Origin: Octopus sinensis
Taxonomy: Eukaryota
DNA: 64,000 nt
Direction: 5' to 3'
NCBI RefSeq assembly: GCF_006345805.1
Contig: NC_042999.1
Span: forward strand, 112,344,001 to 112,408,000
The translations under genes were made by a program, and so were the position numbers. This document shows, piece after piece, positions 13,720-27,899 of this stretch. Under the pieces are notes generated by a model. The model was not told the origin of the DNA and searched no databases. It worked only from the letters and a program-made list of their open reading frames with translations. Every line of letters starts with the position of its first letter. The first letter of the stretch is position 1.

Positions 13720-14324
13720 AAGAAAGAGAGAGAGAGAAAGAGAGAGAGAGATAGATTGATAGAGAGAGAGAAATGGAGAGAGATGGGTAGGTAGGTAAGT
13801 ACATAGGTATGTATGTATGCATGTAGGTAGGTAGGTAGGTAGGTAGGTAGATAGGTAGGTAGGTAGGTAGGCAAAGAGAGTGCGAGAGAGGAAGAGAGAA
13901 AGAAAGAAATAGACACACAGGTAGGCAAACAGACAGACAGACAATCAGGCAGTGAAGATGAAAGGGAAAAGGGAAATCTCATGAGGGTGAAGGAGAATAA
14001 TGAAGAGAGAAAGAGAGAAAGGAAAAGATAAATGTGAGGTGGAAGGAGGGAAAAAGTAAATGAGGGAGAAGGTATTAATTAGAGTAAGAGGGAGAATTAA
14101 TAAGAGAGAAGGAGAGGGTTCAATGAAAGTAAAAAGTTCAATAAGGGAGGGGTTTGAATAAAAAGAATCATTGGTGAAGGAGGATTGATTAAGAGAAATA
14201 AAGGGGAGAATTCAATGAGAGGGAGCACAGAAGTAGTAAGAGGAGATTTTGATGTGATAGAAAGACAGAGAGAAACAATAGAAGAAAGTGAGAGTGATAG
14301 AGAGAGAAAGAGAGAAAGAGTGAC

Positions 14325-14340
14325 AGACAGACAGACAGAC

Positions 14341-14418
<78 letters not shown>

Positions 14419-14991
14419 GCAGGCAGTGACAAAAGTTAGAGAACACAACTGAAGCAGGGAGATTTGATGAAGAGAGACAGATATAGTAATAAATAGGGTT
14501 CGAGGGGAAAAAGTGGACAGAGAGAAGTTGGGGGGAGGAAAGAGGAGTCACAAAGAACAAAGTAGGGTAACAACAATAAAAGATATTTGCAACAGGAGGC
14601 GGACGAGAAGGAGGAGGAGGAGAGGGGAGGAGTATATGAAGGAGGGAAAGTAGAGGAGAGATAAGGAAAGCATAAGAGAAAGAGAGGGATATGATGGGAG
14701 ACACAAGATGGACTGTGGAAAAAGGAATAGAGTGAGAAATGAAGGAAAGAAAAGGATAAAGATGAGAGAGAGAGAGAAAGAGATAAAGAGTTAAAGAGGA
14801 AGATAAAATGGGAGAAGAGCAAAAAAGAGGAAAAGAGAGATGAAATGATTGACAGGTAGGTAGGTAGGTACGTGTGTAGGTAGTCAGTTGGGCTGGTTTG
14901 GAGATTTGGATGGATGGATAGACAGATGTACAGACAGGTAGATGGGCAGATAGGTAGATGGGTGGATATGTATGCGTATATAGATAGATAA

Positions 14992-15065
<74 letters not shown>

Positions 15066-15130
15066 TGATAGGTAGATAGATAGGTAGATGATAGATAGAT
15101 AGATAGATAGATAGATATGATAGATAGATC

Positions 15131-15161
<31 letters not shown>

Positions 15162-15166
15162 GGATT

Positions 15167-15220
<54 letters not shown>

Positions 15221-15315
15221 CAGATAGATAGATAGATAGATAGATAGTAGATAGATATAGATAAATAGGGAGATGGATGTATAAATAGAGAGATAAATAG
15301 ATAGTTAGACAGACT

Positions 15316-15382
<67 letters not shown>

Positions 15383-15385
15383 TAG
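14325..15385. repeat. (GATA)n arrays (14340-14417, ~14980-15380) within purine-rich low-complexity DNA
   Basis: Direct inspection; source of YLSI ORFs. Confidence 0.9.
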
Positions 15386-15507
15386 AGAAAAGACTGTGAG
15401 GAGAGGAGAAAGGAAATAGAAAGAGAATAAAGGTAAGGAAGTGAGAGTCATAAAACTGCAAATGAGAAAGAATAAGTTAAGATTGGGATGGTAAATAAAG
15501 AATATTA

Positions 15508-15567
15508 CTAATATAGAGGTGGCATTTCTCTGCAAACCAACTGGGACCATGAAACTTGCTTAAATAA
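15508..15567 (-). CDS. Candidate exon of an unidentified gene (LFKQVSWSQLVCREMPPLY)
   Basis: Acceptor ttcctctgtgtag; open in phase 0; ends either at TAG or at a weak gtaata donor. Confidence 0.25.
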   Translation of the reverse strand, partial: LFKQVSWSQLVCREMPPLY

Positions 15568-15832
15568 CTACACAGAGGAATTTACCGACATTAATCAGAG
15601 ATAGATAGAAAACAATAAATAAATAGATGAATAAAATACAATAAAATAAATAAATATATGTATGTAGAACTGATAACGATGATAATCTTAGTCAAAGAGT
15701 CTCAAGATCTTATTTCTCATCCAACCAACACTATATTCCAAACATCCACCTTTACATATATGTGTGCATGTATATAATATATATATATATAAGTACATGT
15801 GCATATATACAAATCTCTATATATAAAATCTA

Positions 15833-15932
15833 NNNNNNNNNNNNNNNNNNNNNNNNNNNNNNNNNNNNNNNNNNNNNNNNNNNNNNNNNNNNNNNNNNNN
15901 NNNNNNNNNNNNNNNNNNNNNNNNNNNNNNNN
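15833..15932. other. Assembly gap (100 N)
   Basis: Run of N flanked by (TA)n. Confidence 1.
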
Positions 15933-16854
15933 TATATATATATAATAATATACCAAATATATGTATGTGTGTAAGCATATCTCTGTATGCATGTATGCAT
16001 ACACATTGTATGTATGCCGTAGCATGTATGCATGTATGCATGTATGCATGTATGCATACACATGTATGCATACACACGCATTGATGAGGATGCTAGAAGA
16101 GGAAAACTGACAAAGGTTTCAGATATTCACAACAGATCTGCATTCAATCAACACTGGCTCTTTGAGCACCTATCAGCAGGTCAATGGTAATTTCCAACTT
16201 GCAGTCTATTAGTTTTGTGTGCGTGTGTGTGTGGTGTGCGCGTGCATGCATGCGTGTGTCTGTATGTGTGTGTGTGTGTTTGAAAACAGAGGTATGGATA
16301 TTTAGAAATTCTTTAGAAATTTCTCATCATTTCGTTTTGTCTTGTTCTCATATTCTCACTCTCTATGTTTCTGTCTGTTTGTCTATCTGTCTTTCTTCTC
16401 ACACCCTCTCTCTCTCTCTCTCTCTGTGAATATATGTGTGTGTTTGTGTGTGTGCGTATGTGTTGGTGCGTGTGTGTGTATCTGTGTGTATGTATATGTG
16501 TCTATGCATGTGTGTATGTATGTGTATGTGTGTGTATGTGTTTGTGCATGTGTGTGTGCATGTATGTGTATGTGTGTCTCTATGCGTGTGTGTATGTGTA
16601 TGTGTGTGAATGTGTGTGCATGTATGCATGAGTGTATGTATGAGTGTATGTGTGTGTGTGTGTGTCGTTATGTATATGTATGTGTGTATGCGTGTGTTTG
16701 TGTATGTGTGTGTATGCATATGTATGTGTACGTGTGTTTATGTGTGTGTATATGTTTTTATATGTATATGTGTATGTGTATGTGAGCATGGATGAGTGTT
16801 GTAATGTGTGTGTGCATGTGTGTATGTGTGCAAGTGTGCATGACATAAGTGCAC

Positions 16855-17060
16855 ATGTAGCTGCAGCACAGGCATGGCAAGGTGGTAAGAAGTATGCTTC
16901 CCAACCACAGGATTCTTGGTTCAGTTACACTGCATGGTTTCCTTTGCAAAAATGTCTTCTAGTACAGAGTAGGGCTAACTAAAATTTTGTGAGTGGATTT
17001 GGTAGATAGAAACTGAAAGAAGCACATTGCGTATATGTGTATGTGTATGTGTGTGTACAT
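16855..17060 (+). mobile_element. Degenerate SINE family A 5' half
   Basis: gtggtaagaagtatgcttcccaaccac...gtgagtggatttggtagatagaaactgaaagaagc. Confidence 0.75.
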
Positions 17061-17324
17061 GTGTTTACAGGTGTGCACGTGTTTGTGTATGTGCATGTGT
17101 GTGTGAATGCGTGTGCGTGAGTAGTGTGTGTGTGCAAGTAGTCTTATTCATCTCAAATCTCCCATGAAACACATGTGTGTGTGTGCATGTGTGTATGTGC
17201 GTGTGCACGTATGTGTGTTTGTGCGCACGCGCATGTGTGTATGTGCAAGCAATGTTATTCATCTCCAATTTTCCATGAAACATGTCTGGTCATGGGGGCG
17301 TTTTACATTACTTAAAAACCAGTA

Positions 17325-17435
17325 AGGTTTGATGGCAGGAAAGATATCCAGCAATAGAAAAATCTGCCACAACAAATTTCATCCAACCCATGCTAGCATG
17401 GTAAACTGGACGTCAAAACAATGACAATGATGATG
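17325..17435 (+). mobile_element. Short RTE 3' tail
   Basis: caggaaagatatccagc...ccaacccatgctagcatgg..ggacgtcaaaac plus (gat)n, as at 9670-9815. Confidence 0.7.
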
Positions 17436-18165
17436 ATGGTGGTGGTGGTGCTGGTTCTGATGCTGGTGGTGATGATGATGATGAGGAATTTTGAGTTCTG
17501 GCATGGTTGTGATTAACAAGTTCCCTTCAGAACCACATGGTCAGGAGTTTGACGCCACTGTGTGGATGTGGTTGGCTAAAGCCCTATACTAGTCATAGGC
17601 AAACTGTATCCATGGGACTTTATGAATGGTATCACCTGTTGATGAGCCATGTCTCTTGTAACCCACTTCTCAAAAAATAGTTACCTATGCCTGCCCTATA
17701 CAGGGGTGGACCGAGACCCATAGAGGCCCTAAGCACTTAAAAAAATTTGGTACCCCCATATATGTGTAATTCAAAATATAAAAAATAATAAACCATAAAA
17801 TAATTTTTTTTTTATCAAAATGAAACAAAACTAACAGTAAGGTGGAAATAATGCTTTTTGTTTTTGTCAATTTTGTATGCTTTCACTTCATTTATTTTTG
17901 AAAAAAATTTCTCCTAATTTACTTAACTGCAAAGACTTTGGTAAGCCAAGGAGCTGCACTAGACTTGAGACTCACTTAGCAAGATTTCTACAGCTGGATG
18001 CCCTTCCTAATGCTTTCCTAATACATCTGATAATTATATTTATGATCATATAAACCACTTTGAATATCATTTTAGCAAGTTTAAAGTGATTTCATTTGTG
18101 TTGTAAACCATTTACCATTTCTGTGATGCCTCCCCCACCAACCTACCTTCCTTTCATGTCCTAAC

Positions 18166-18240
18166 CATATGCTTATTTTGCTTAATGTAATATGGAAGCA
18201 TGCATTTCAGAGTGGCTATCTCATCCTCAGCACCAGAAAC
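18166..18240 (-). CDS. Candidate 75-nt exon (VSGAEDEIATLKCMLPYYIKQNKHM)
   Basis: Acceptor catttcacagtgtctgcctttcag, donor atg|gttagg, open phase 0-0. Confidence 0.35.
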
Positions 18241-18469
18241 CTGAAAGGCAGACACTGTGAAATGACAAGGGAGGAAATCTCTCTTACTATATTCCTATCA
18301 TTGGACTATGAATGGTTGTGCAAGTCAGTGCAGTATATTCAAACCTATAAGAAAGCCATTCACTATAATTTGTCATGGAGAAAATTTTCTGCCATGGGCA
18401 GATTGGTGTTAACACACCAAGTATGTGTATATGTATATATACAAAGAAAGATTTCTCTCCATGGTATCG

Positions 18470-18670
18470 TTGCCATAGCCGATGCCAGTACTGCCTGACT
18501 GGCACCCATGCCAGTGGCATATAAAAAGCACCATTTGAGCATGGTCAATACCAATGCTACCACACTGGCACCCATGTCGGTGGCATGTAAATGCACCATA
18601 CGAGCATGATTCATGCCAGTGCCACTTGACTGTCTCCCATGCCAGTGGCACGTAAAAAGCACCATTCAAG
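18470..18670 (+). repeat. Three ~65-bp tandem units related to RTE 3' UTR subrepeats
   Basis: Recurring tgccagtggcac/atgtaaaaagcaccat unit, also at 9560-9650. Confidence 0.7.
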
Positions 18671-18713
18671 CATATATGAATAAATAAATAAACAAATATA
18701 TATATATACATTA

Positions 18714-19098
18714 GTGCAGGAATGGCTGAGTGGTAAGAAGCTTGCTTCCCAACCACATGGTTCAGGATTCAGTCCCACTGCATGGCACCTTGGCCAAGTG
18801 TCTTCTACTGTAGCTTTGGGCCAGCCAAAGCCTTGGGAATTGATTTGGTAGACAGAATCTAAAAAAAAGCCCATTGTATGTATGTGTGTGTGTGTGCATC
18901 TTTGTGTCTCTTCCCCCACCATCACTTGACAACCAATGTTGGTGTGTTTGCATCCCTGTAATTTAGCGGTTCAGCAAAAGAGAACAATAGAAGTACCAGG
19001 CTTACAAAAAAAGAAGTTCTGGGGTCGATTTCTTTGACTAAAAGACCTATTAAGGCAGAGCTCCAGCATGGCTGCAGTCAAATGACTGAAACAAGAAT
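18714..19098 (+). mobile_element. Full-length SINE family A (diverged)
   Basis: Colinear with 44174-44558 from head to cagtcaaatgactgaaaca tail. Confidence 0.9.
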
Positions 19099-19724
19099 AT
19101 AAATATATAGATATATATATATACATTTAAATATTTGTTGTGCAAGATTTTTTATGTGAAGTCGTGTGTTGAAATAAATAACTATATATATATTTTACGA
19201 TTTGATTTATTATTATTATTACTAGTATTGTTGTTATACATACATACATACATACAAGCATATGTAATGATAATAATGAGTGGATGTAAACACATGAACA
19301 AAATAAGAATAAACAAAATCAACAAAAACAAAAACAAAATACAAATTACATGAATATATATAAACAGAAGATACAAATATTACAGGCATCCCCCCACATA
19401 CACACACTAAATAAACATAGACGCACATAGAGATATAAGCATGTGCAAATGAAGACATACAATAGAAATACAAAATGGCTGACGGTTAGTAAGGAGAGAC
19501 ACAAATAAGAAAGAAGAAAACAAAGGACCACTGATGCGGTCACAGGAGTGTGACGAAAGAACTCTGGCCAAAATAAGATTAAGATTAATGTAAAAAATAA
19601 ATAACACTGAAGCAAAATAACACCAAATATATAGTGCGTGTGTTTTTATTGGCTAAACTGGCAATATGACCATTCCTAAATACAAAGATATATATATATA
19701 TATACATATATACATGCACACACG

Positions 19725-19777
<53 letters not shown>

Positions 19778-19925
19778 ACACATATACATATATGCACACA
19801 ATGGGCTTCTGCATAGTTTCCTTCAACCAAATTCACTAACAAAGCATTACTTGTTTTGCTATTTGATTGCAAAGTGAGCTTTTTAACAACACAAACAGAA
19901 ATAGGGAGTAATTTGAAGGGGCTAC

Positions 19926-19994
19926 CTTTAGAAGGTTGAGCAGCAATCTAGACATTCGTATTTTTGGGTCATTGTTTGTTTGCAGACAAGGGGT
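19926..19994 (-). CDS. Candidate 69-nt exon (TPCLQTNNDPKIRMSRLLLNLLK)
   Basis: Strong acceptor ttttttttttctgccccctttcacaag, donor aag|gtagcc; only phase 0 is open. Confidence 0.35.
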
Positions 19995-20373
19995 CTTGTG
20001 AAAGGGGGCAGAAAAAAAAAACAAAGAAGAATTAGGAATAGATGAATGACAAGGTCTTATACAGAAACGTTTAACTTCCTGGAAGATGTCACACTAGGTC
20101 ATGATGAACTGCAATGTGTCATACAAGGATGAAAAAACATGCTAAAACAACAATGATGGTCATGATGATGACAATAATAATAATAATAATGGTGATGATG
20201 TATGCATATGTATATGTGTGTGTGTATATGTACGTTTACATCCATCTATAGTTTTCAACAGTGGAGTAATTGGCAGAATCTAAGAGTGAAAGGAGAAGAG
20301 AAGAAAGTCAATTTGACTTGGTTCTATGGCATCTGATCCTAAAGTTTAGAGAACATTAAACAGAAACCTGATT

Positions 20374-20408
<35 letters not shown>

Positions 20409-21316
20409 CATGTGTGTGTGCATGTATGTGTGCATGTGCATGTATTTGTGTGTATGTGTGTATGTATGTGCATGTGTGTGCATGTGTTTGTGTATATGTG
20501 TGTAAGCGTATGTGTTTGTATGTGTGCATGTGTGTATGTGTGTATGCATGCATGTGTGTTTGTAAGTATGCATGTGTGTGCATCTGTGAGTGTGTGTGTG
20601 TGTGTGTGCATGCATCTGTGAGTGTGTGTGCATCTGCAAGTATGTGTGTGTGCATGCATGTGTATGTGTGCTTGTAGATATTTGTGTAAGTCTGTGTGTT
20701 TGCACATGAATTTATGCATTATATATGCATGACATATTTATGAGGGGAGATATATACACATACGCAAGCAATATTATATATGTACATACACACCAACAAA
20801 TATACATATATCAGCATATATATGTAATATATATATATATAAAGTACATATATATCTATATTTTCACACTTATATACATACATACATACATACATATATA
20901 TATATAGATAGATAGATATATACAAGTGTGTGTATATATAGACAGATAGATACATAAGCATACATACACACATATACATATATATGTGCATGTGCAATAT
21001 ATACATGTGTGTGTATGTGTTTATAAATATATATATATATATATATACATAATATAAAATGATGTGCCTATTAGGATAAAAGAAGAAAAGAAGAAAAAGA
21101 AAACAGAGAAAAAATGACTTAGAATAGACGAAGAGTGGCTTTATACACATTTACAATTTACATTACATGAGAACTAGTCCATTACATCCATAGATAGGAT
21201 CAAGAATGCACGCTCTCTGATGACTTTTGTCAACCATTTTAATCATATACATAAATTAGAAGAAAATTTTTTGAATTAAAAAAATAAAATAGTGGCAATG
21301 TATAAATATATATAAT

Positions 21317-21348
<32 letters not shown>

Positions 21349-21432
21349 TAGATATAGATATATGCATGCATACATGTGTGTGTGTGTATATGTATATGTA
21401 TGTATATATATATATATATATATATACATACA

Positions 21433-21466
<34 letters not shown>

Positions 21467-21498
21467 CATACATACATATACATACATATGCATGCGTG

Positions 21499-21534
<36 letters not shown>

Positions 21535-21612
21535 AATATATATATATACATATATACATACATACATATACATACATATGCATGTATATGTATATATAGA
21601 TAGATATATATG

Positions 21613-21681
<69 letters not shown>

Positions 21682-21774
21682 TATATATGAGGATAATATC
21701 GATATTTAAGTGTCGAAATATCAAGTGGCCAGCATGAAAGAAAATACCTTACAAAGGTAAAAAAATTTTAAACA

Positions 21775-22247
21775 ATTGAAAATGAGGGTGTCTAAAAGAC
21801 ACCAACATGCCGAAATAGCAGTCGAAACACTGACTATAGTACCACGTTAAATGTTCATATCGCACCATGAGGTAAAGCGGAGGGACAAAACATACAAGCA
21901 AAAATTATGAATAATTCAAGATCCAAGGATTTCTGGTCTGCTTTAGATAAGCTTTACCGTCATCAATTGAAATATCAAGGGTACATAAATACAGATATAT
22001 AATGCACCGTTTGCTGTGCATATATATATCTGTATTTATGTACCCTTGATATATTCAATTGATGACGGTAAAGCTTATCTAAAGCAGAACCAGAAATCCT
22101 TGGATCTTGAATTATTCAATAATTTTTGCTTGTATGTTTTGTCCCTCCGCTTTACCTCATGGTGCGATATGAACATTTAACGTGGTACTATAGTCAGTGT
22201 TTCGACTGCTATTCGGCATGTTGGTGTCTTTTAGACACCCTCATTTT

Positions 22248-22251
<4 letters not shown>
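21775..22251. repeat. ~235-bp-arm fold-back inverted repeat in PLE-like sequence
   Basis: Arms differ by five single-base indels and no substitutions; 8-nt loop cgtttgct. Confidence 0.95.
22053..22112 (+). ncRNA. Variant type I hammerhead-like motif
   Basis: ATTCAA-TTGATGA-stem II-GAAA-TCC TT GGA-TC-TTGAAT; mirrored on minus at 21914-21972; C3 and the 10.1-11.1 pair are non-canonical. Confidence 0.5.
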
Positions 22252-22304
<53 letters not shown>

Positions 22305-23476
22305 GTGAGTGCATTTGAGTGTGTGCATGTGGTGAGGGGGGTGTATATAAAACAATTAAATAATATCAGAGAGTAAAAATGATTTGTAATTAAAGTCTGT
22401 TAGAAAATGAAAATAACAATTGAAATAATTTAACAAAAAAAATATATAAAATATTTAAATGAAAATTAAATTGGAATAAAATAAGCACTAAAGAATTAAG
22501 ATATTTAAAATAATAAAAAGAACGCCACCAACAGGGGGAAAAAAAAGCAACAAGATTTTGATTGAAATCTAGTTGTTACTGTTGTTGTATCAAAGTAAAT
22601 GTAAAATATATATAGCAAGTAAAAATATCAGAGTTAATAGAAGAATGGAACTAAAGAAGAACACAAAAATATTTTTAAAAAAACAGTAATTAAGAAAAAG
22701 GGAAAGATCAGAGAAATAACCATTTCAGCAGATGTTGAAACAGTTAAGAAGAAAATCTCTGTAACAATTAAAGATAGAATAATACTAAATGTGTTTCGAT
22801 GACCAAAACTCCACGTAATTAACAACAAAACAACACTGAATCACACGTACACATTCTCACACATATGCTCACATACACACACTCACACAACACATACAGG
22901 TAAACTTTCACGTGCTCATATATGCACACAGCTGCACACTCATACAAGTACAAATGTACATATACATGTATGTACGTTTATATGTGTGGAAACCAAGACG
23001 GTAAGAGACAAAGAGAAAGATAAAAGACGAAGAGAAAGTGAGTAAATATGGAAATAGAGAGGTACAGAAATGCGGAAAATGAAATAGATAGATAAATAGA
23101 GAGAGAAAGAGAGAGAAAGAGAGATTCAGATGGATACATGAGCCGTTCAATAGGAAGACCAAGATAGATACTGCGACAGACAGAAAGATAAAGAGATACA
23201 GAAAGAGAGATGGTTAGAGGTAGACAGATATAAATAGAAAGAAAGAGGGATATAAATCAATAGAAGGATAGTGAGACAGAATGACAAAGAGACAGATATA
23301 TATATATATATATACATGCATTTACATATATAGATGGAGAGACAGAGACAGACAGATAGAAAGGAAAATAGAAAAGCAGAGCTAAACAGACTGGTGGAAG
23401 GTCACTCATATAGATAGGTTGATAAGAATATGTGAATATATCAACAGGTAGAAAGATAAATAGATAGATGAGTAAG

Positions 23477-23920
<444 letters not shown>

Positions 23921-24289
23921 GTCAAAAGTGTAAGCAAAAGAATAGATTAAATATGGATAGACCAAAAGAATGATGGAAAGTGAAAGAGATGTAAGATAAA
24001 GAGAAGAAAAATTACAGCCTGGAGGAGAGATGAGAATGATGATAATGTTTATGATGATGACAATGTAGGCTACGAAGATCATGATGATAAGTCAATGATT
24101 ATAACAGCATTGCAGACAATAATGACAACAACAATGATAATGACAATGTCAACAGCAATGCTATCATCATCATCATGACATCATCGACAGAAGTGATAAG
24201 GATGATGATGATGACAAGATGGTAATGTGCTCATGATTATTATCATAATGGTGATAATCATGACAACTCTGTTAACAGCCATGATGATC

Positions 24290-24305
24290 ATGACGATGAT
24301 GATGA

Positions 24306-24356
<51 letters not shown>

Positions 24357-24420
24357 TGATGATGATGATAATGGTAATGAGGATGATGATGATGACAATG
24401 ATGATGATGATGAAATGATG
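24290..24420. repeat. (GAT)n/(GAC)n compound microsatellite
   Basis: Direct inspection. Confidence 0.95.
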
Positions 24421-24922
24421 GTGATGTGGTGGTGGTGAGCATTATCATCTTCATCTTCATCCTCATAATAACAATGATGATGACGAGGATGCTGACAATA
24501 AGAGTGATGACAATGATAATAATGATGATGGTGAAGACAATAATGATGAAGATAATGATGTTGATGATGATGATAAAAATGACGACAAATGTGATGACAA
24601 AGATGATGAAGAACCATGATTGTGGTGTTGTCAATGGTGACGTGAAAGAGAGGGGACAGGAGAGACGAGCAGGGGAGGAAAAAGTTTAGGAGGAGGAAAA
24701 AATTAATTATCCAAATTTAAACAAAGACGCACTTAACAAATTAAAGAAAACCAAGGTTAAAAAAAATAACAAGTCAAACAAAAACAACATAAATGAAACA
24801 TCACAAACCACATGCACAGATACAACAACAACAACATCAACAGCTCAAACAACTACAACAACAACAACGACAACAAAATCATTTAAGAAGTAATAGAAAT
24901 AAATACATAAGAAAGTAATAAT

Positions 24923-24964
<42 letters not shown>

Positions 24965-26149
24965 TAATAATAATGATAATGATGATGATGATATAAAAAG
25001 AAGAAAAAAAAGAGAAAGTAAACGGATGAGGGTTGGAGAAAAAAGCAAATAAAATAACGAATGAAAATGTTATTACAAGTTAAATGTGACATCAGCTCAT
25101 CTAACTGTACTGATTGAAGAAGTACAGTAACAATAGAATAACACTAAAGCAATTAACTACGCTAATGTAAAAGACATCAGCTTAGTGGCTTTAAGAAGAA
25201 CGGTGCAACTGGTCAGAAGAATGGTGAGAATAGTGTGTGTGTATACATGTATGTCAGTGTTTGTGTGTGTATGTATGTATATATATATATATACATATAC
25301 ATATACACGTATATATATATGCATGTATATGGGCATATATATGCATATATACATTTATGCATGTATATGACACATGTGTCTGAATAAATATTTATTATAA
25401 ATGTGCATTTGTTCTCTTCCTCTATATGTGTGTGCATGTGTATGTGTGTATCTATATGTATATATATATGTGTGTATCTATGTATATATATATATATATA
25501 TATCTATATATATATATATGTATATATATTCATATATATGTATATATATATATTCATATATATATATATATATACACACACATATACGTGTGTGTATATA
25601 CATACATATATATACATACACACACATACACACATTCATGAATGCTTGCATTTGTGCCTGTATGTGCAGGTGTGTGCAACATGCATACATACATACACAT
25701 GAGAACAAAAGAAGGACTAATCAGACATCACTAAAATTCATCAAATAATCACCAGTGAATGTAACCACTAAATATTTAGCAAATGAATTGTCCCTGGTAC
25801 TTATTTTGTTCTTTTGCAGTTTGATGCATTACATTAAAGACTGTTTTAGCAGGTATCACTGTGCATCAGTTGCAGCTGTATGATTGCATGTCCTTGGATA
25901 CATGCAGACACATATGCACTGAAGTAGATTCACATTCTTTCTGCATTGCCACTCACTGAAATGCACATACTTGCATAGACACAAGTGTGGTATGTCTTCC
26001 GGTTTTTAGAATATGTACACTGTATATCAGCATGTTCAGATCTTTGTAGAACTGCTCCTTGGTCTCTTATATATATATATATATATAATATATAATATAT
26101 ATATATATATATATATAATTATTTATATATTCAAGATCACAACATACAT

Positions 26150-26490
26150 GTACACTGCAACATAATTTCTTTTCCTCAACAGGCCCTGCCCTATTTAACA
26201 TTGTCCCGGGGGAGATCAAAGAGGAAAAGGATCCCATCAACTTTAAACAGAGTCTAGATAGATTCCTTCAAAGAATACCAGATAAGCCACCCATAATTGG
26301 ATACAACTCACCCAACAAGAACTCACTACTTGAACAAAACTGGATACAACTCACCCAACAAGAACTCACTACTTGAACAAAACTTGACTTAAACAAAACG
26401 TAACTTAAACAGGATTCGAATAATCCTATTAGGTGGTGCTATTAAGTTAGACATGGCCTGGACCAATCTTTGGTCGAAACATATTTAAGT
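26150..26490 (+). mobile_element. Short 3' fragment of a CR1/L2-group LINE with a 43-bp tandem duplication
   Basis: FNIVPGEIKEEKDPINFKQSLDRFLQRIPDKP resembles the ORF2 C-terminus at 52300-52400; tail ggtggtgct...catggcc[stem-loop]gaaaca. Confidence 0.75.
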
Positions 26491-26495
26491 TTATC

Positions 26496-26539
<44 letters not shown>

Positions 26540-26959
26540 ATATAATCATTCAGATAAACAAGCAACTCAAATAAACGAATAAAATCGGACAACATGAGGA
26601 CGTGCATAAGAAATGCATTAACTTGACGCTCGGTGAAAGGAGAGAATGAGACGTTTCGCGTATAGCTTTTCGTCAGAAAGGAGACAAGGAAAAGTCTAAA
26701 GAAGGAAAAGAAACCGCCAACGGCACTAGTGTAGTTATATTGCTGAAGTATATACACACGTACACACATGTGTATACCCACTTACATATGAATATCCACA
26801 GCATATGTGAAGCCAATGACTATGTTTGTACAATATCTTAATCTTAATAAATTTCATAAATAGAAGTGGTCTAATATTCCGGTACAAAAATCACAAAAAT
26901 GTATATAACAATGCATAAACTATCATAGACGAAGAACAATTCCCACAAACGCAACAGCA

Positions 26960-27235
26960 GTGTGACTGAAAAATTTCAAACGGAAATACAATATTACAAA
27001 TGTGTTTTCCCATTCGGGTACATCAATAACAGAAATGAGACAATAGTAACCGATTATATTATGCAACTAAAAGAAAATGCTTCCAATTGCAACATCAAAT
27101 GGAAAATTGCGGAAATTAGTGCACCGATCTTTGCACAATGGAGAAACGCTTCAGCCTTAGAAAAAGTCTACATAACAATAATTTCTCATACAAAACTAGG
27201 TCAGAAATTTTCGGGAAATACAGACATAGCGTGAA
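26960..27235 (+). pseudogene. Penelope-like GIY-YIG endonuclease remnant
   Basis: TEKFQTEIQYYKCVF...NETIVTDYIMQLKEN..CNIKWKI matches the Penelope EN C-terminal pattern. Confidence 0.65.
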
Positions 27236-27899
27236 GTATTAGTTACATTACTGGAGTTAATTACCTTTATCTGACGCATTATTACACGTCTACTTTTATC
27301 TGAAACACAAACACACACACGTATGTGTTTGTGTGCATGTATATGCATGTGTGTAGAGTTTTGTTAACTTGACACTTTACAAGTTTTTTCTTAATTTTAC
27401 CTTTTCTGGGTTTTTTTCCTTTCCTTTCTGCTCATATATATATATATATATATTCATTATATTTTCACATTTTGTCTTCAAGATTTCAAACTCAAAAGAA
27501 AGTTACTTATGTACCTTACTGAAAATGAATATAATTCTCTTATTCATGCTGTAAAATTTTTGCTGCATAATCAGTGACTGATATATACTTACTGAGATAT
27601 GAAATTTGAAATTACCCTTATGTTGTATGTGTATGTGTGTATGTAGGAACGTCGTATATGGTGGTCACTTTATAACGAAGATAACTGCTTTAAAATTCAT
27701 TTTTAAATAAAGTATCTGGGACCTAATAATTTTGATAAGCTGTTAATTTAGATACGAAACTTGAAATTATTAAAAGATCCAAGCGAAGAGAAAGCAGTGC
27801 AACGCAGATTACTACTGTAATTCTGGTGTGGCTTTATCTACGCCTTTGTTTATGCAATATTGCGAACTCGAAATTCCAAACTGTTTAGACTAAAGATTA

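Noticed and set aside
18470-18670. CRISPR-like repeat-spacer array
   Set aside because: Eukaryotic context, units diverge throughout, homologous to the RTE 3' UTR, no cas genes
26455-26485. Hammerhead at ctggacc...ggtcgaaac
   Set aside because: No CUGANGA core; better explained as the LINE 3' stem-loop
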